From Nanobdellati archaeon (GTDB taxonomy: Archaea > Nanobdellota > Nanobdellia > Woesearchaeales > JAADFO01), in contig JAADFO010000016.1 of the NCBI GenBank assembly GCA_013152815.1, forward strand, positions 1 through 42,504: a DNA stretch of 42,504 nucleotides, read 5' to 3'. Below are positions 10,881-20,090 of the stretch, in pieces. Every line of letters begins with the position of its first letter. Within the stretch, counting starts at the first letter, position 1. The notes beneath the pieces are model-generated. The model searched no databases, was not told the origin of the DNA, and saw nothing but the letters and a program-made list of their open reading frames with translations. A program made the position numbers and the translations under genes.

Positions 10881-11112
10881 ATATGAATTAGTATACCGCT
10901 GTATTAAAAATTATATTGATAGCCTAAAAAAGGGATAAATATATGAAAACATAGAAGGATAGCGTGTTTTCATATACTGGCACTGTGCCAGAGAAGCCAA
11001 TCGGCTTCACAAGGAAAACAAGCGAAAGGACGAACGAAGACGTGAACCAATCCGACGAAGAGGATTACCAACGGAAAAGATCACACAAGCAAATGAGCGA
11101 GGTGTATGCGAA

Positions 11113-11949
11113 ATGAAAGGGAGCATCCGTAATCGAAGTATACTGACTGTGTCAACCATGTTGGCGCTGGTCATTCTCAGTTATTTTGCCTTTGCCGTGC
11201 CGACACAGCCCACAGCTCCAGAGACACTGGACAGACGAGGAGACAGTAGGCTGGACCCGACCAACTATCCTGCGAAATCATTGGAAGCAGAAGCAGGAAA
11301 CATCACCGGAGTCTATATATTCGCGACCACCCAGACCAAGACCTGGGCAGGTTTCTACGGAAACATCAGCGGCAACATCACCTTGGACGACGCCGTGGGG
11401 AATACGTTCTATGATTGGGAAGTTGCCGAACCGAACGGAGAGGTCTACGCAGCCAACGATACGGTGAGCGACTGGAGCACCATCAGATGCATCAACTTTT
11501 CGGCAACCCCTGGAATGACCGTCAACTATGATGGAGGATTAGCAAGCACCGTCGACAATAATCCGCTCAACCTCTCCCTGTTGGAGAACGGCTTCGGCAT
11601 CACCTGGAACGACGAGGATGGTGTCAACGAGACCTTCAACACAGGAACCCATGATGGCTTCTTCGTGGGAACCATCAATATCACGGAAAACAGCTGCATG
11701 ACGACAGATACCTATCAGGACAGCCACTCCGCGGGAGATGCATTCCAGGAAGTGCTCCTGGAGGTCAACAACAGCAACACGGTCATCTTCAGCACCATCA
11801 TAGAGAACAGGGATGCGACCAACGAGACCGATGTGCGCGGCTACAACGGAGCACGACACGACTTCCAGATGCTTGTCCTGGAAGACGGCCACGACGGCCC
11901 AGAAGCTGACCTGACCACCACCTACTACTTTTATGTGGAGCTCGACTAA
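11113..11949 (+). CDS. Secreted family A subunit 1 (putative filament/surface subunit, EDGH subtype)
   Basis: Signal peptide ending FAFA-VPTQPTAP; TKTWAGFYGNISGNITLDD, GEVYA, one Cys pair, DFQMLVLEDGH, C-terminal YYFYVELD. Confidence 0.9.
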   Translation: MKGSIRNRSILTVSTMLALVILSYFAFAVPTQPTAPETLDRRGDSRLDPTNYPAKSLEAEAGNITGVYIFATTQTKTWAGFYGNISGNITLDDAVGNTFYDWEVAEPNGEVYAANDTVSDWSTIRCINFSATPGMTVNYDGGLASTVDNNPLNLSLLENGFGITWNDEDGVNETFNTGTHDGFFVGTINITENSCMTTDTYQDSHSAGDAFQEVLLEVNNSNTVIFSTIIENRDATNETDVRGYNGARHDFQMLVLEDGHDGPEADLTTTYYFYVELD

Positions 11950-11957
11950 GGCGAGCT

Positions 11958-11986
11958 CTCTTTTTTTGCTGTTTTTTTCTTTTTTA
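11958..11986 (+). terminator. Oligo-T archaeal terminator after subunit 1
   Basis: Three successive T runs (TTTTTTTT-GCTG-TTTTTTT-C-TTTTTT) immediately after the stop codon. Confidence 0.6.
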
Positions 11987-12009
11987 CAGCATGGACGAGG
12001 TGCGTGGAC

Positions 12010-12774
12010 ATGACCAAAAAAAGAACGCCGGCTGCGGGAAGGTTCCTGCAGGCGATCATCATCACCATCTTTCTTGCCAGTGCGCTCATCAGCATCGTGC
12101 AGGCGCTCCCCAGCGGGCCCACATTCGAGTTCATCTCCGAGAGCGAATCTCCTGTGCAGTCATCGACCCAGGACACGAACAGTTCCCATTCAGGCGGGAA
12201 GATCATCGTCGCCAACCTCAACGTGACCCAGCAGGATTCCCACTGGAAGGCCTACGTCGGAAACGTTTCAGGAAGGCTCGTCTTGGAGAACGCCAACAAC
12301 TACTCCATCTTCGAATGGACCATCACCGAAGTGACCGGAGAGGTCTATGCCACCCGAGGGAACTCAGTGAACTGGACGACGGTGGAATGCGCCAACATCA
12401 CTCATGTTGATGCCGAAGAGCTGGCCATGAACCATACTGCCAGCTACACTCCTGACGACAACATCACCAACACGTTCAGCACCGCGAACAATCACAGCAG
12501 CTTCTTTGCAGGGGCGAGCACCATCACCCAGAACAGCTGCAATTTCACCACCCAGACCTTTGTCAACGGTTCCCAACAGGTCGGAAGCACCTATTTCAAG
12601 GAGATATTGCTCTATGACGGCACCAGCATCGTCTATTCGACCTTGATGGAAAGCGACCGATACGGCTATGACACAGGATCGACCTATGACTACCAGATCC
12701 TGGTCGCCGAGAGAGGCGATCCGGAATTCTCCGGACAGAGCACGAACTATTACTTTTACGTCGAGTTGCTGTAA
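12010..12774 (+). CDS. Secreted family A subunit 2 (HWKAYVGN subtype)
   Basis: GAGGTG SD at 11997-12002; signal ending VQA-LPSGP; HWKAYVGNVSGRLVLEN, GEVYA, Cys pair, DYQILV, YYFYVELL. Confidence 0.9.
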   Translation: MTKKRTPAAGRFLQAIIITIFLASALISIVQALPSGPTFEFISESESPVQSSTQDTNSSHSGGKIIVANLNVTQQDSHWKAYVGNVSGRLVLENANNYSIFEWTITEVTGEVYATRGNSVNWTTVECANITHVDAEELAMNHTASYTPDDNITNTFSTANNHSSFFAGASTITQNSCNFTTQTFVNGSQQVGSTYFKEILLYDGTSIVYSTLMESDRYGYDTGSTYDYQILVAERGDPEFSGQSTNYYFYVELL

Positions 12775-12791
12775 GGGCAGCATGCATAAAG

Positions 12792-13748
12792 ATGACATCG
12801 AGGTACTTCGGTCCCTCTGGACCGATAGCCATGGGAGCATTGATAGTGCTGGCCACTGTCCTACTGTTGACTCCGTTCTTTTTCTCGCTTGGAGAGGCCG
12901 CGTACTATGACAACACCACGGTCCTGACCCTCCTGAACGTGACCAATGTGGCTCCGACAATATCCAATGTCCTGGTCTATGACAATGACAGTCTCGTCTC
13001 CGGCAACATCATCCTGAACCAGGGGACGACAGACATCGTCTACTGCAATGCCACCGTTACCGACCTCAACGGCTATCTCGACATCATCGACTACAACGCC
13101 ACATTGTTCCATGAGACCACGACAGCCGGAGCCGCAGACCAGAACATCGACCATTACACCAATGCGACCTGCATGAACAGCACCATCAGCGGGAACATCA
13201 CATCCATAAACGTCCAGTGCACCTTCAATGTGTGGTTCTATGCCAACAACGGAACCTGGACCTGCAATGTCACTGCTTTTGACGGCAACAGCATCAATCA
13301 TAGTTCGGGTACAGAGATCATCGACCCCCTGTTCGCCCTCGACCTGAACACGAGCGTCATCGACTATGGAGAACTGGCTCCCGGTGATTCATCTGCCGAT
13401 GATGTCCCTGTCCGGGTGACCAACTTCGGGAACATGGACATCAACGTGTCGGTCGAGGGCTATGGGGTCACCCTTCATGACGGACTTGCCATGGACTGCA
13501 TCCTGGGAGACATCAATGTGAGCTATGAGAAATATGATGTCCAGCCGGGCCAGACCATCGCCAACATGTACAATCTCACCGAAAACCCCCTCATCAACGG
13601 TGTTCCGGGGCTCACCATCCCGAAGAACACGGTCGACGGTTCGAACTCCACCAACACCACGTTCTGGAAGATGCATGTCCCCTATGGAAATCCCCTAAAA
13701 GGATTCTGCAACGGAACCGTCCTGTTCTCAGCCATCGGCCCTGTGTAA
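12792..13748 (+). CDS. Secreted family B Cys-rich protein (putative minor/adaptor subunit)
   Basis: Signal peptide; YYDNTTVLTLLNVTNVAP, CNATVTDLNG, CTFNVWFYANNGTWTCNVT, IDYGEL, TNFGN, GYG, C-terminal CNGTVLFSA. Confidence 0.9.
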   Translation: MTSRYFGPSGPIAMGALIVLATVLLLTPFFFSLGEAAYYDNTTVLTLLNVTNVAPTISNVLVYDNDSLVSGNIILNQGTTDIVYCNATVTDLNGYLDIIDYNATLFHETTTAGAADQNIDHYTNATCMNSTISGNITSINVQCTFNVWFYANNGTWTCNVTAFDGNSINHSSGTEIIDPLFALDLNTSVIDYGELAPGDSSADDVPVRVTNFGNMDINVSVEGYGVTLHDGLAMDCILGDINVSYEKYDVQPGQTIANMYNLTENPLINGVPGLTIPKNTVDGSNSTNTTFWKMHVPYGNPLKGFCNGTVLFSAIGPV

Positions 13749-13826
13749 ATATATCCTCTGCAGTAAAGAGAACGACAGAGACAGGATATGCAGAGGACGG
13801 GACAGTCCTGCAGCAACCTACCTCTT

Positions 13827-13858
13827 TCTTATTCTTTATATCTCTTATTCTTTATATC
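13827..13858 (+). repeat. Tandem 16-nt duplication in an intergenic region
   Basis: TCTTATTCTTTATATC at 13827-13842 and 13843-13858; pyrimidine-rich and possibly a terminator. Confidence 0.8.
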
Positions 13859-13965
13859 GTTCAGATGCTTATATCATTTAGATACCGTACCGTTCAGATA
13901 CATACAGATCGAATGAACCTCCCGAAAAGAGGCATCCCTTTGTCTTGCATGGATCTTGCATGAAG

Positions 13966-14035
13966 GAACCAAACATTTATATACTGATTCTTACATGGAA
14001 TAAACTTATGCTGAAAATTGCAATATTTGTGCAAT
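13966..14035 (+). promoter_or_regulatory. TATA box plus downstream palindrome ahead of the tandem-HTH gene
   Basis: CAAACA-TTTATATA (TATA ~13976-13983); ATTGCA-N7-TGCAAT at 14017-14035. Confidence 0.5.
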
Positions 14036-14089
14036 AGATACTTACATAGAATAAATATCCACTGACATAATATAACAACAGGGACAACA

Positions 14090-14599
14090 GTGTCGCCAAA
14101 ATCCGGCAGAAGAGAGGACCTTGCAGCGAGATTCAGCGTTTTCCTCAGGCAGGAATATGGAGTAGAACTTGACCAGCTACTCGAAGGGCTGCAGGAACCA
14201 GAGAAAGAGACACCAGAAGTTCCGGTCTCCATCTTCTCGACCACCTTAAGCACGTTGGAGACGGTCATCAAGTACCAGAGAGAGGTCAGAGGCCTGAGCT
14301 TCTCGGCCATCGGCCAGATCCTGAAGAGACATCCTGCTTCTCTGACGACATCCTACAGACGGTCCCTGAACAAATACCCCGACAGGTTCACCCGAACCAC
14401 TTTCAAGGATTCTGTCATCAGGATACCGCTTTCCATCTTCACAGAGAAGCTCGCCCCTTTAGAAGCGCTCGTATGGTTCCTCAGCCAGGACCTGGGACTT
14501 CGGCTCTGTGACATCGCGAGAATCATCCATATAGACCAGCGGACAGCATGGACGGTCAGAGCGAGGGCAAGGAAAAAACAGAAGGAGGCGGTCCTATGA
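14090..14599 (+). CDS. Tandem-repeat HTH DNA-binding protein (sigma-70 region 4-like HTH, two copies)
   Basis: Two internal repeats: VPVSIF...LETVIKY...GLSFSAIGQILKR...SYRRSLNK and IPLSIF...LEALVWFL...GLRLCDIARII..DQRTAWTVRARARKK. GTG start; the stop overlaps the next ATG. Confidence 0.75.
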   Translation: MSPKSGRREDLAARFSVFLRQEYGVELDQLLEGLQEPEKETPEVPVSIFSTTLSTLETVIKYQREVRGLSFSAIGQILKRHPASLTTSYRRSLNKYPDRFTRTTFKDSVIRIPLSIFTEKLAPLEALVWFLSQDLGLRLCDIARIIHIDQRTAWTVRARARKKQKEAVL

Positions 14600-15336
14600 A
14601 TCCTGCCCTGACGAGAAAGCAGGCACGCCGCCTCCTCGGCTGGATCATGGTCCTTCTCCTGGTGAGCCTTTCCCTCGGGAACGTCCTTTCCCAGAGCCAG
14701 CCTGCAGGTCCGAACATCATATCCCAGACAACTGAGACAGCCACACCGAACGCTGCACTGAACATCACCACAGCAGGAGGGACCATAACGACGATGGTAT
14801 TGAACGGGACCACCCAGAATCCCCACTGGAAGGCCTATGTCGGAAACGTGACAGGAAGGCTGGTGCTCCAGGACGGTGCGAACTACAGCATCTACAACTG
14901 GCAGCTGACCAACCCTTCAGGAGAGGTCTATGCATCACGCAACAATACCGTGAACTGGACATCCATCAGATGCGCCAACTCGACCCAGATAGCGACTGAA
15001 GAGACCAACATGAACCACACGGCAAGTGCTGTCGACAGCATCGCCAACACCTTCACCGATTCCACCCACCAGGAGTTCTGGACAGGAGGCACCCAGTTCA
15101 CTGCGAACGAATGCGGATTCACCACAGCAACCTATGTGAACAACACCAACCAGAGCGAGCTGTTCCAGGAGATAGCTCTCTACGACGGGTCCTCGATCGT
15201 CTATGCGACCATCATCGACCCGAATACCGCCGGTTTCGACTATGGACGATATGATTTCCAGCTCATCGTACCCGAGAAAGGATGGGAAGGGCCGACCTCC
15301 TCAACACCCTATTATTTCTGGGTCGAACTGGTATAA
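14596..15336 (+). CDS. Secreted family A subunit 3 (HWKAYVGN subtype)
   Basis: GGAGG SD and ATGA overlap at 14596; signal ending VLS-QSQPAGP; HWKAYVGNVTGRLVLQD, Cys pair, DFQLIV, YYFWVELV. Confidence 0.9.
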   Translation: MNPALTRKQARRLLGWIMVLLLVSLSLGNVLSQSQPAGPNIISQTTETATPNAALNITTAGGTITTMVLNGTTQNPHWKAYVGNVTGRLVLQDGANYSIYNWQLTNPSGEVYASRNNTVNWTSIRCANSTQIATEETNMNHTASAVDSIANTFTDSTHQEFWTGGTQFTANECGFTTATYVNNTNQSELFQEIALYDGSSIVYATIIDPNTAGFDYGRYDFQLIVPEKGWEGPTSSTPYYFWVELV

Positions 15337-15443
15337 GAAAAGCACAGATAGAAAAGCAGATGAAAGATACGCAGTCAATAAAAAGAACTACTTAAATAAT
15401 CATTGAAATAGAGAAAGACACCATTTCTATGACGAGAGGAGCT

Positions 15444-15537
15444 TACTGATTAAGTATTTGCTTAACTTGATTAAGTTACGAAGTTATGGAGATAATGATG
15501 TTCAGCATTTCATAAAGAGAGAAAAATTTATATATAA
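15444..15537 (+). promoter_or_regulatory. Operator-like palindromes and TATA upstream of wHTH regulator 1
   Basis: ACTGATTAAGTA at 15445-15456; TAACTT-GATT-AAGTTA at 15463-15478; GAAAAA-TTTATATA at ~15521-15534. Confidence 0.6.
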
Positions 15538-15688
15538 GTCTCCATATAAGTAGAGTAAGGTGGAGAATCGTATATTAATTGCTTAATGAGGTAGTCTGGA
15601 GGCTGCAAAGTGCAGAAGATGATATCCTCGAAGCAGGCAGGAAGGCCAAAGACCATCCCCCGGGGATGGAACAGTGGATGTGGAAGAC

Positions 15689-16345
15689 ATGGACCTGGAA
15701 ACACTCTTTACAACCTCAAAATGGGAGATTCTCGAGAAGATTGCACAGCAGCCGATGAGCCCGCTCCAGCTTTCTTCATCACTGCACACCTCTCCTGCAA
15801 ATGTGAGCCAGCAGGTCAAGCTGCTGCAGATCGCCGGCCTTCTTGAGAAAGAGAAGGTCCCCACAAGGGAGACCGGCAAACCGAGAGCCCTGTTCTCGCT
15901 CAAGGATGATTTCTCCTATCTCATCAGCGTGGCAAAAGAGGGCGCAAGAAAAGGGCTCATCCCGACAGACGCGAAGAAGAGGCTCATCCTCAACTCCTGG
16001 ATGGCCGACGATGCAGAACTGGAGCAGATGGCCTTCGACTTGGCCACGGTCTTTCGGGAGAAGTTCGACGCCGTCGGCGGCGTCGCCTGGGACCCGACCC
16101 ATCATCTCCTCTTCCTGGTCATCGACGACAAAGAAAGCGCAGGGGCAGAGATCGAGAGCATGAGAGACAGCACCCTACGGAACCATCATCATCTGCAGGT
16201 GCTCGACAGGAAACGGTTCATCTCCCTCCTTGAGGAGAGTGCATCTGACCAGGAGAACAGCAGAGAGAACCAGGACAACCCGATACAGCTTCTTGTGATC
16301 GACAGCCACATGGCAGAACAGATACGAGACCAGCACGGAAGATAG
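15689..16345 (+). CDS. ArsR-like winged-HTH transcriptional regulator, paralog 1
   Basis: MDLETLFTTSKWEILEKIAQQPMSPLQLSSSLHTSPANVSQQVKLLQIAGLLEK...GKPRALFSL is a typical wHTH. The start was chosen by alignment with paralog 2. Confidence 0.85.
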   Translation: MDLETLFTTSKWEILEKIAQQPMSPLQLSSSLHTSPANVSQQVKLLQIAGLLEKEKVPTRETGKPRALFSLKDDFSYLISVAKEGARKGLIPTDAKKRLILNSWMADDAELEQMAFDLATVFREKFDAVGGVAWDPTHHLLFLVIDDKESAGAEIESMRDSTLRNHHHLQVLDRKRFISLLEESASDQENSRENQDNPIQLLVIDSHMAEQIRDQHGR

Positions 16346-16360
16346 AAGAAGGAAACGGGG

Positions 16361-17158
16361 ATGCAGCGGATGGACAGAAGTTCAGCGATGATGAAAGGGA
16401 AGAAAAGGGAGACGATGAAAGCTTCCTTCCTGCTTCTGGTCGGCATGTTTATCCTGGTCTCCGCATCGTTCGACGCAGCGGCAGATCCTGTCGCTCCGAC
16501 GACGCTCTCAGAGATCTCAAGCTCGACCAGGACATTTCCCGGAGGGAACAAGACCACCAACGCGACAGCAGGATATCTTACCGAAGTGAAGATAGAGGGC
16601 ATCGCCGTCGTCACCGAAGGCTGGCAGGGCTACTACGGCAACATCAGCGGGGAAGTGATCCTGGACGACGCTGACAACAATACGCTCTTCTCCTGGAACC
16701 TCATCTCGCCGGGAGGGGAGATCCTGGCCATACGGAACAGCAGCGTGGACTGGTCCAGCGGACAGGTCAGCTGTCCTAATACCACCCACATCAGCACCGA
16801 GAACACGCTCATCTTCCCGGGGATCTATGGCGACGACACCGATAACCTCACCAACACCTTCAACGACACGACCCATCCTGCTTTTTCCATCGGAAGCAAC
16901 AGCTTCTCAGCAGATAAGTGCAACTATTCTCTCGCTACCTATGTCAATGACAACGCCGACACGGCAAGGACCTTCAATGAGACCCTGCTCTATTCAGAGA
17001 ACACCAAGACCATGATCTATGTGGGACTGATCAATCCGAAACAGGAAGGGTTCAAGAGCGGCACCGACAAGCATGACTTCCAGATGCTGGTCGGAGAGGA
17101 CGGACACGGCAACAATGCCACCACCAGATACTTCTTCTTTGTCGAACTCAATCCATAG
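16361..17158 (+). CDS. Secreted family A subunit 4 (EDGH subtype)
   Basis: Signal ending DAAA-DPVAP (start could be 16415); EGWQGYYGNISGEVILDD, Cys pair, DFQMLVGEDGH, YFFFVELNP. Confidence 0.9.
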   Translation: MQRMDRSSAMMKGKKRETMKASFLLLVGMFILVSASFDAAADPVAPTTLSEISSSTRTFPGGNKTTNATAGYLTEVKIEGIAVVTEGWQGYYGNISGEVILDDADNNTLFSWNLISPGGEILAIRNSSVDWSSGQVSCPNTTHISTENTLIFPGIYGDDTDNLTNTFNDTTHPAFSIGSNSFSADKCNYSLATYVNDNADTARTFNETLLYSENTKTMIYVGLINPKQEGFKSGTDKHDFQMLVGEDGHGNNATTRYFFFVELNP

Positions 17159-17274
17159 ATCAGAGGGCATTCCCTGACCTGAGATCGATTGGCCGACCTG
17201 ATCGATCGGCAGGCTCGTTCTTGAAGCGGATGATGGCGCAGACGTATCTGAAAAGGATCGAAACACACCGTTTC

Positions 17275-17441
17275 ACTGATTAAGTAATCATTAAAGTTAA
17301 TTAATCACACAATCATATCACTTCTCGACGACAGAAAAGTCACGATAAGAACAGACAATACTTAAGCAAGTATTGAAATTATTAAATCTGATTTCTTAAT
17401 TATTGACAGCAATTAACAAATAATCGAAATATTTATATATT
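17275..17441 (+). promoter_or_regulatory. Operator-like palindromes and TATA upstream of wHTH regulator 2
   Basis: ACTGATTAAGTA at 17275-17286, overlapping TGATTA-AG-TAATCA (17277-17290); CAATACTT-AAGC-AAGTATTG at 17356-17375; CGAAATA-TTTATATA at ~17425-17439. Confidence 0.6.
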
Positions 17442-17596
17442 AGGGGCACCAAGAGTACATCAAGGTATGAAATTGTATACTGGGAGTGGACTTCCAAAAA
17501 CCCCTGGTCTTTCAGCCTGACGACGATTTTCCACCGACAACGTCCCTGGTCTGAACGAAGCATCAGACAGCATAGCGACAACAGAGGCCCACAGTA

Positions 17597-18247
17597 ATGG
17601 AACTAGAGACCCTCTTCACAACATCCAAATGGGAGATCCTGGGAAAGATCTCTCAGAGACCGGCCAGTCCTCTCCAGCTTTCCGCCCAACTCTCCACCAC
17701 CATAGCCAACATAAGCCAGCAGATACGGCTCCTGGATGTGGCCGGGCTTCTCGACAAGAAGAAGATCTCCACCAGGGAAAGCGGAAAGCCCCGCACCCTG
17801 TTCTCTGTGAAGGACGATTTCTCATACCTTATCCTGGTCTCTGCAGAAGGGGCAAAAAAAGGGCTCATCAAGGTCAGCAGGTCGAAACGGCTCATCATGA
17901 ACGCCTGGCTGAGCAAGGAACAGGAGACAGAATCCATCGCCTACCGCGTGCACGAACAGCTTGCCGACCAGCTCGGCTCTGTCAGCGCGGTGGTGCATCA
18001 CCGGAAGAAAAGAGAGCTCATCATCGTCTCGGATAGTCAAAAGGAGCTCGCACGGGACATCGAGAGGCTGAGAAAGAGCGTGTCAGGTCTCACCCAGAAG
18101 GTGAGGACCATGGACACCAAGGAATTCGTCTCTTACCTCAGGGCCCTTCAGGTGACCGACATCAATGATCTCTTCACGGTCCTTCTCCTCGACCATGACA
18201 TCACAGGAAGATTGCAGAGGAGCGGAAAAGAGGAAAGGGAGACATGA
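17597..18247 (+). CDS. ArsR-like winged-HTH transcriptional regulator, paralog 2
   Basis: MELETLFTTSKWEILGKISQRPASPLQLS...NISQQIRLLDVAGLL...GKPRTLFSVKDDFSYLI; the N-terminal half is very similar to 15689-16345. Confidence 0.85.
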   Translation: MELETLFTTSKWEILGKISQRPASPLQLSAQLSTTIANISQQIRLLDVAGLLDKKKISTRESGKPRTLFSVKDDFSYLILVSAEGAKKGLIKVSRSKRLIMNAWLSKEQETESIAYRVHEQLADQLGSVSAVVHHRKKRELIIVSDSQKELARDIERLRKSVSGLTQKVRTMDTKEFVSYLRALQVTDINDLFTVLLLDHDITGRLQRSGKEERET

Positions 18248-18386
18248 GCAAGAGACGATCGGAGAGAGGAAGATGAGATTCAACCACAGCATAAGCAACG
18301 CATTCGTAGCGGCTATGGAACAGCGGACCTTCCAGCGGCTGAAAAGTCTTTCCCTGGACCGCAGACAAACGAAAAGGTGATGGTGT

Positions 18387-19133
18387 ATGAAAAGAAACGA
18401 ACTGATGATAATCCTGATGGTGGCGGTGACCGTGATGACTGCCTATACGGTCATGGCAGACCCGAACATACCTGCGGTGCTCAGCCAGCTCTCTACGAGC
18501 ACCCGGACCATCGATGGTGCGAACAAGACCAATGACGCTCTGGCAGGGAACCTGACAGAGATCGCCATCGATGACACCAAGGTCACCCAAGGGTGGCAGG
18601 GCTACTACGGAAACGTCTCAGGGACCATCGTCCTCGACGACGCCCTCAACAACTCCATGTACACCTGGGACCAGAGTTCAGCGAGCGGAGAGATCTATGC
18701 ATCGAGGAACTTCAGCATAGACTTCTCATCGGGACAGATCGTCTGTGCTAACACAGCCAACGTGAGCATCGAGAACACAGCCATCTTCCCGGGAACCGCG
18801 GGAAATGATGCTGATAACGTCACCAACACGTTCAGCCAGACCACCCATCCGGAGATCGTCGTCGGATCGAACACCATAACGGCAGATTCCTGCTCATATA
18901 CCCTGTCGACCTATGTCGATGATGCAGCAGACGCGACCAGGACCTTCAACGAGACCCTGCTCTACTCCAAGAACATGAACAGCATCATCTATACAGCGAT
19001 CATAGCCCAGGACGCTGAAGGGTTCAAGTCCGGGACCGACAGCCATGATTTCCAGATGCTGGTCGGAGAGGACGGGCACAGCGGCGACACGGCAACAACG
19101 ACGTATTACTTCTACGTCGAACTCAGCGCATAA
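18387..19133 (+). CDS. Secreted family A subunit 5 (EDGH subtype)
   Basis: GGTGA SD; signal ending TVMA-DPNIP; QGWQGYYGNVSGTIVLDD, Cys pair, DFQMLVGEDGH, YYFYVELSA. Confidence 0.9.
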   Translation: MKRNELMIILMVAVTVMTAYTVMADPNIPAVLSQLSTSTRTIDGANKTNDALAGNLTEIAIDDTKVTQGWQGYYGNVSGTIVLDDALNNSMYTWDQSSASGEIYASRNFSIDFSSGQIVCANTANVSIENTAIFPGTAGNDADNVTNTFSQTTHPEIVVGSNTITADSCSYTLSTYVDDAADATRTFNETLLYSKNMNSIIYTAIIAQDAEGFKSGTDSHDFQMLVGEDGHSGDTATTTYYFYVELSA

Positions 19134-19230
19134 GGATACTGAACAGAAAAAAAGACCGAAAGGTAAGAACGAAGAGAACAAGCGAAGAGAACAGGAACAC
19201 AGAACAGAAAACGAATGACAACGTGAACGG

Positions 19231-19983
19231 TTGATGAGGACGCGGTCAGAGCTTCAGATAGGAATAGTGACAGTGATCGGGCTAGCTGTCGTCCTCAGCA
19301 TCGCCGGCAGCCTTGTATGGGCTGCACCGGGCAACCCGGCCGGATTCGAGGTGGTCGGATCGTCGAGACGGAACACGACCTTCCCGACCGCGTCGGTGGA
19401 GGCGATCGCCGGAAACGTGACCGAACTGAGGATAACAAGCACCACGACGACCAAGACATGGGCAGGATACTACGGGAACGTCACCGGGACCATCGTCCTC
19501 GATGACGCCCTGAACAACTCCATGTTCAGCTGGAACCTTGATGAAGCAGCAGGAGAGGTCTATGCGGCCAGAGGATCGGTGGACTTCAGCAGCGGAAATA
19601 TCATCTGCGCCAACGCAACGCACATACAACAGGAGGAGAACAACTTGAGTGTCAGCCCAACAGCGAAGGACGGAGTGAACGAGACCTTTGCCTATACGAC
19701 CCATCCTGCCTTCATGGTAGGCGATGCGAGCTTCAGCAGCGACCAATGCGGGTACACGGCATCCACCTATGTCAACGATGGCGTGGACAGCTCGAGGACC
19801 TTCAACGAGACCCTGCTCTATGACAAGGCGGACAATCTCACGGTCTACATGGCGCTCCTGACGAGCAAACAGGACGGATTCAAGATCGGGACCGACAAGT
19901 ACGATTTCCAGATGCTGGTCGGAGAGGACGGCCACGGCAACACCGACACGACGACCTATTACTTTTATGTCGAACTGCAGTGA
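19231..19983 (+). CDS. Secreted family A subunit 6 (EDGH subtype)
   Basis: Signal ending LVWA-APGNP; TKTWAGYYGNVTGTIVLDD, Cys pair, DFQMLVGEDGH, YYFYVELQ. Start is TTG 19231 or ATG 19234. Confidence 0.9.
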   Translation: MMRTRSELQIGIVTVIGLAVVLSIAGSLVWAAPGNPAGFEVVGSSRRNTTFPTASVEAIAGNVTELRITSTTTTKTWAGYYGNVTGTIVLDDALNNSMFSWNLDEAAGEVYAARGSVDFSSGNIICANATHIQQEENNLSVSPTAKDGVNETFAYTTHPAFMVGDASFSSDQCGYTASTYVNDGVDSSRTFNETLLYDKADNLTVYMALLTSKQDGFKIGTDKYDFQMLVGEDGHGNTDTTTYYFYVELQ

Positions 19984-20090
19984 AAGGCTGAAAAAACCAG
20001 ACAAAAAGCAAGAAAGCAGACAAAAAGCAGAGACAGGACAGGAAATCAGGGAACAATCACAGACGACCAGGAGGAAGTGAACAGACCAAG

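Noticed and set aside
18273..18380. 35-aa ORF between wHTH-2 and subunit 5
   Set aside because: Short, with no motif and no counterpart in the paralogous cassette; cannot be supported.
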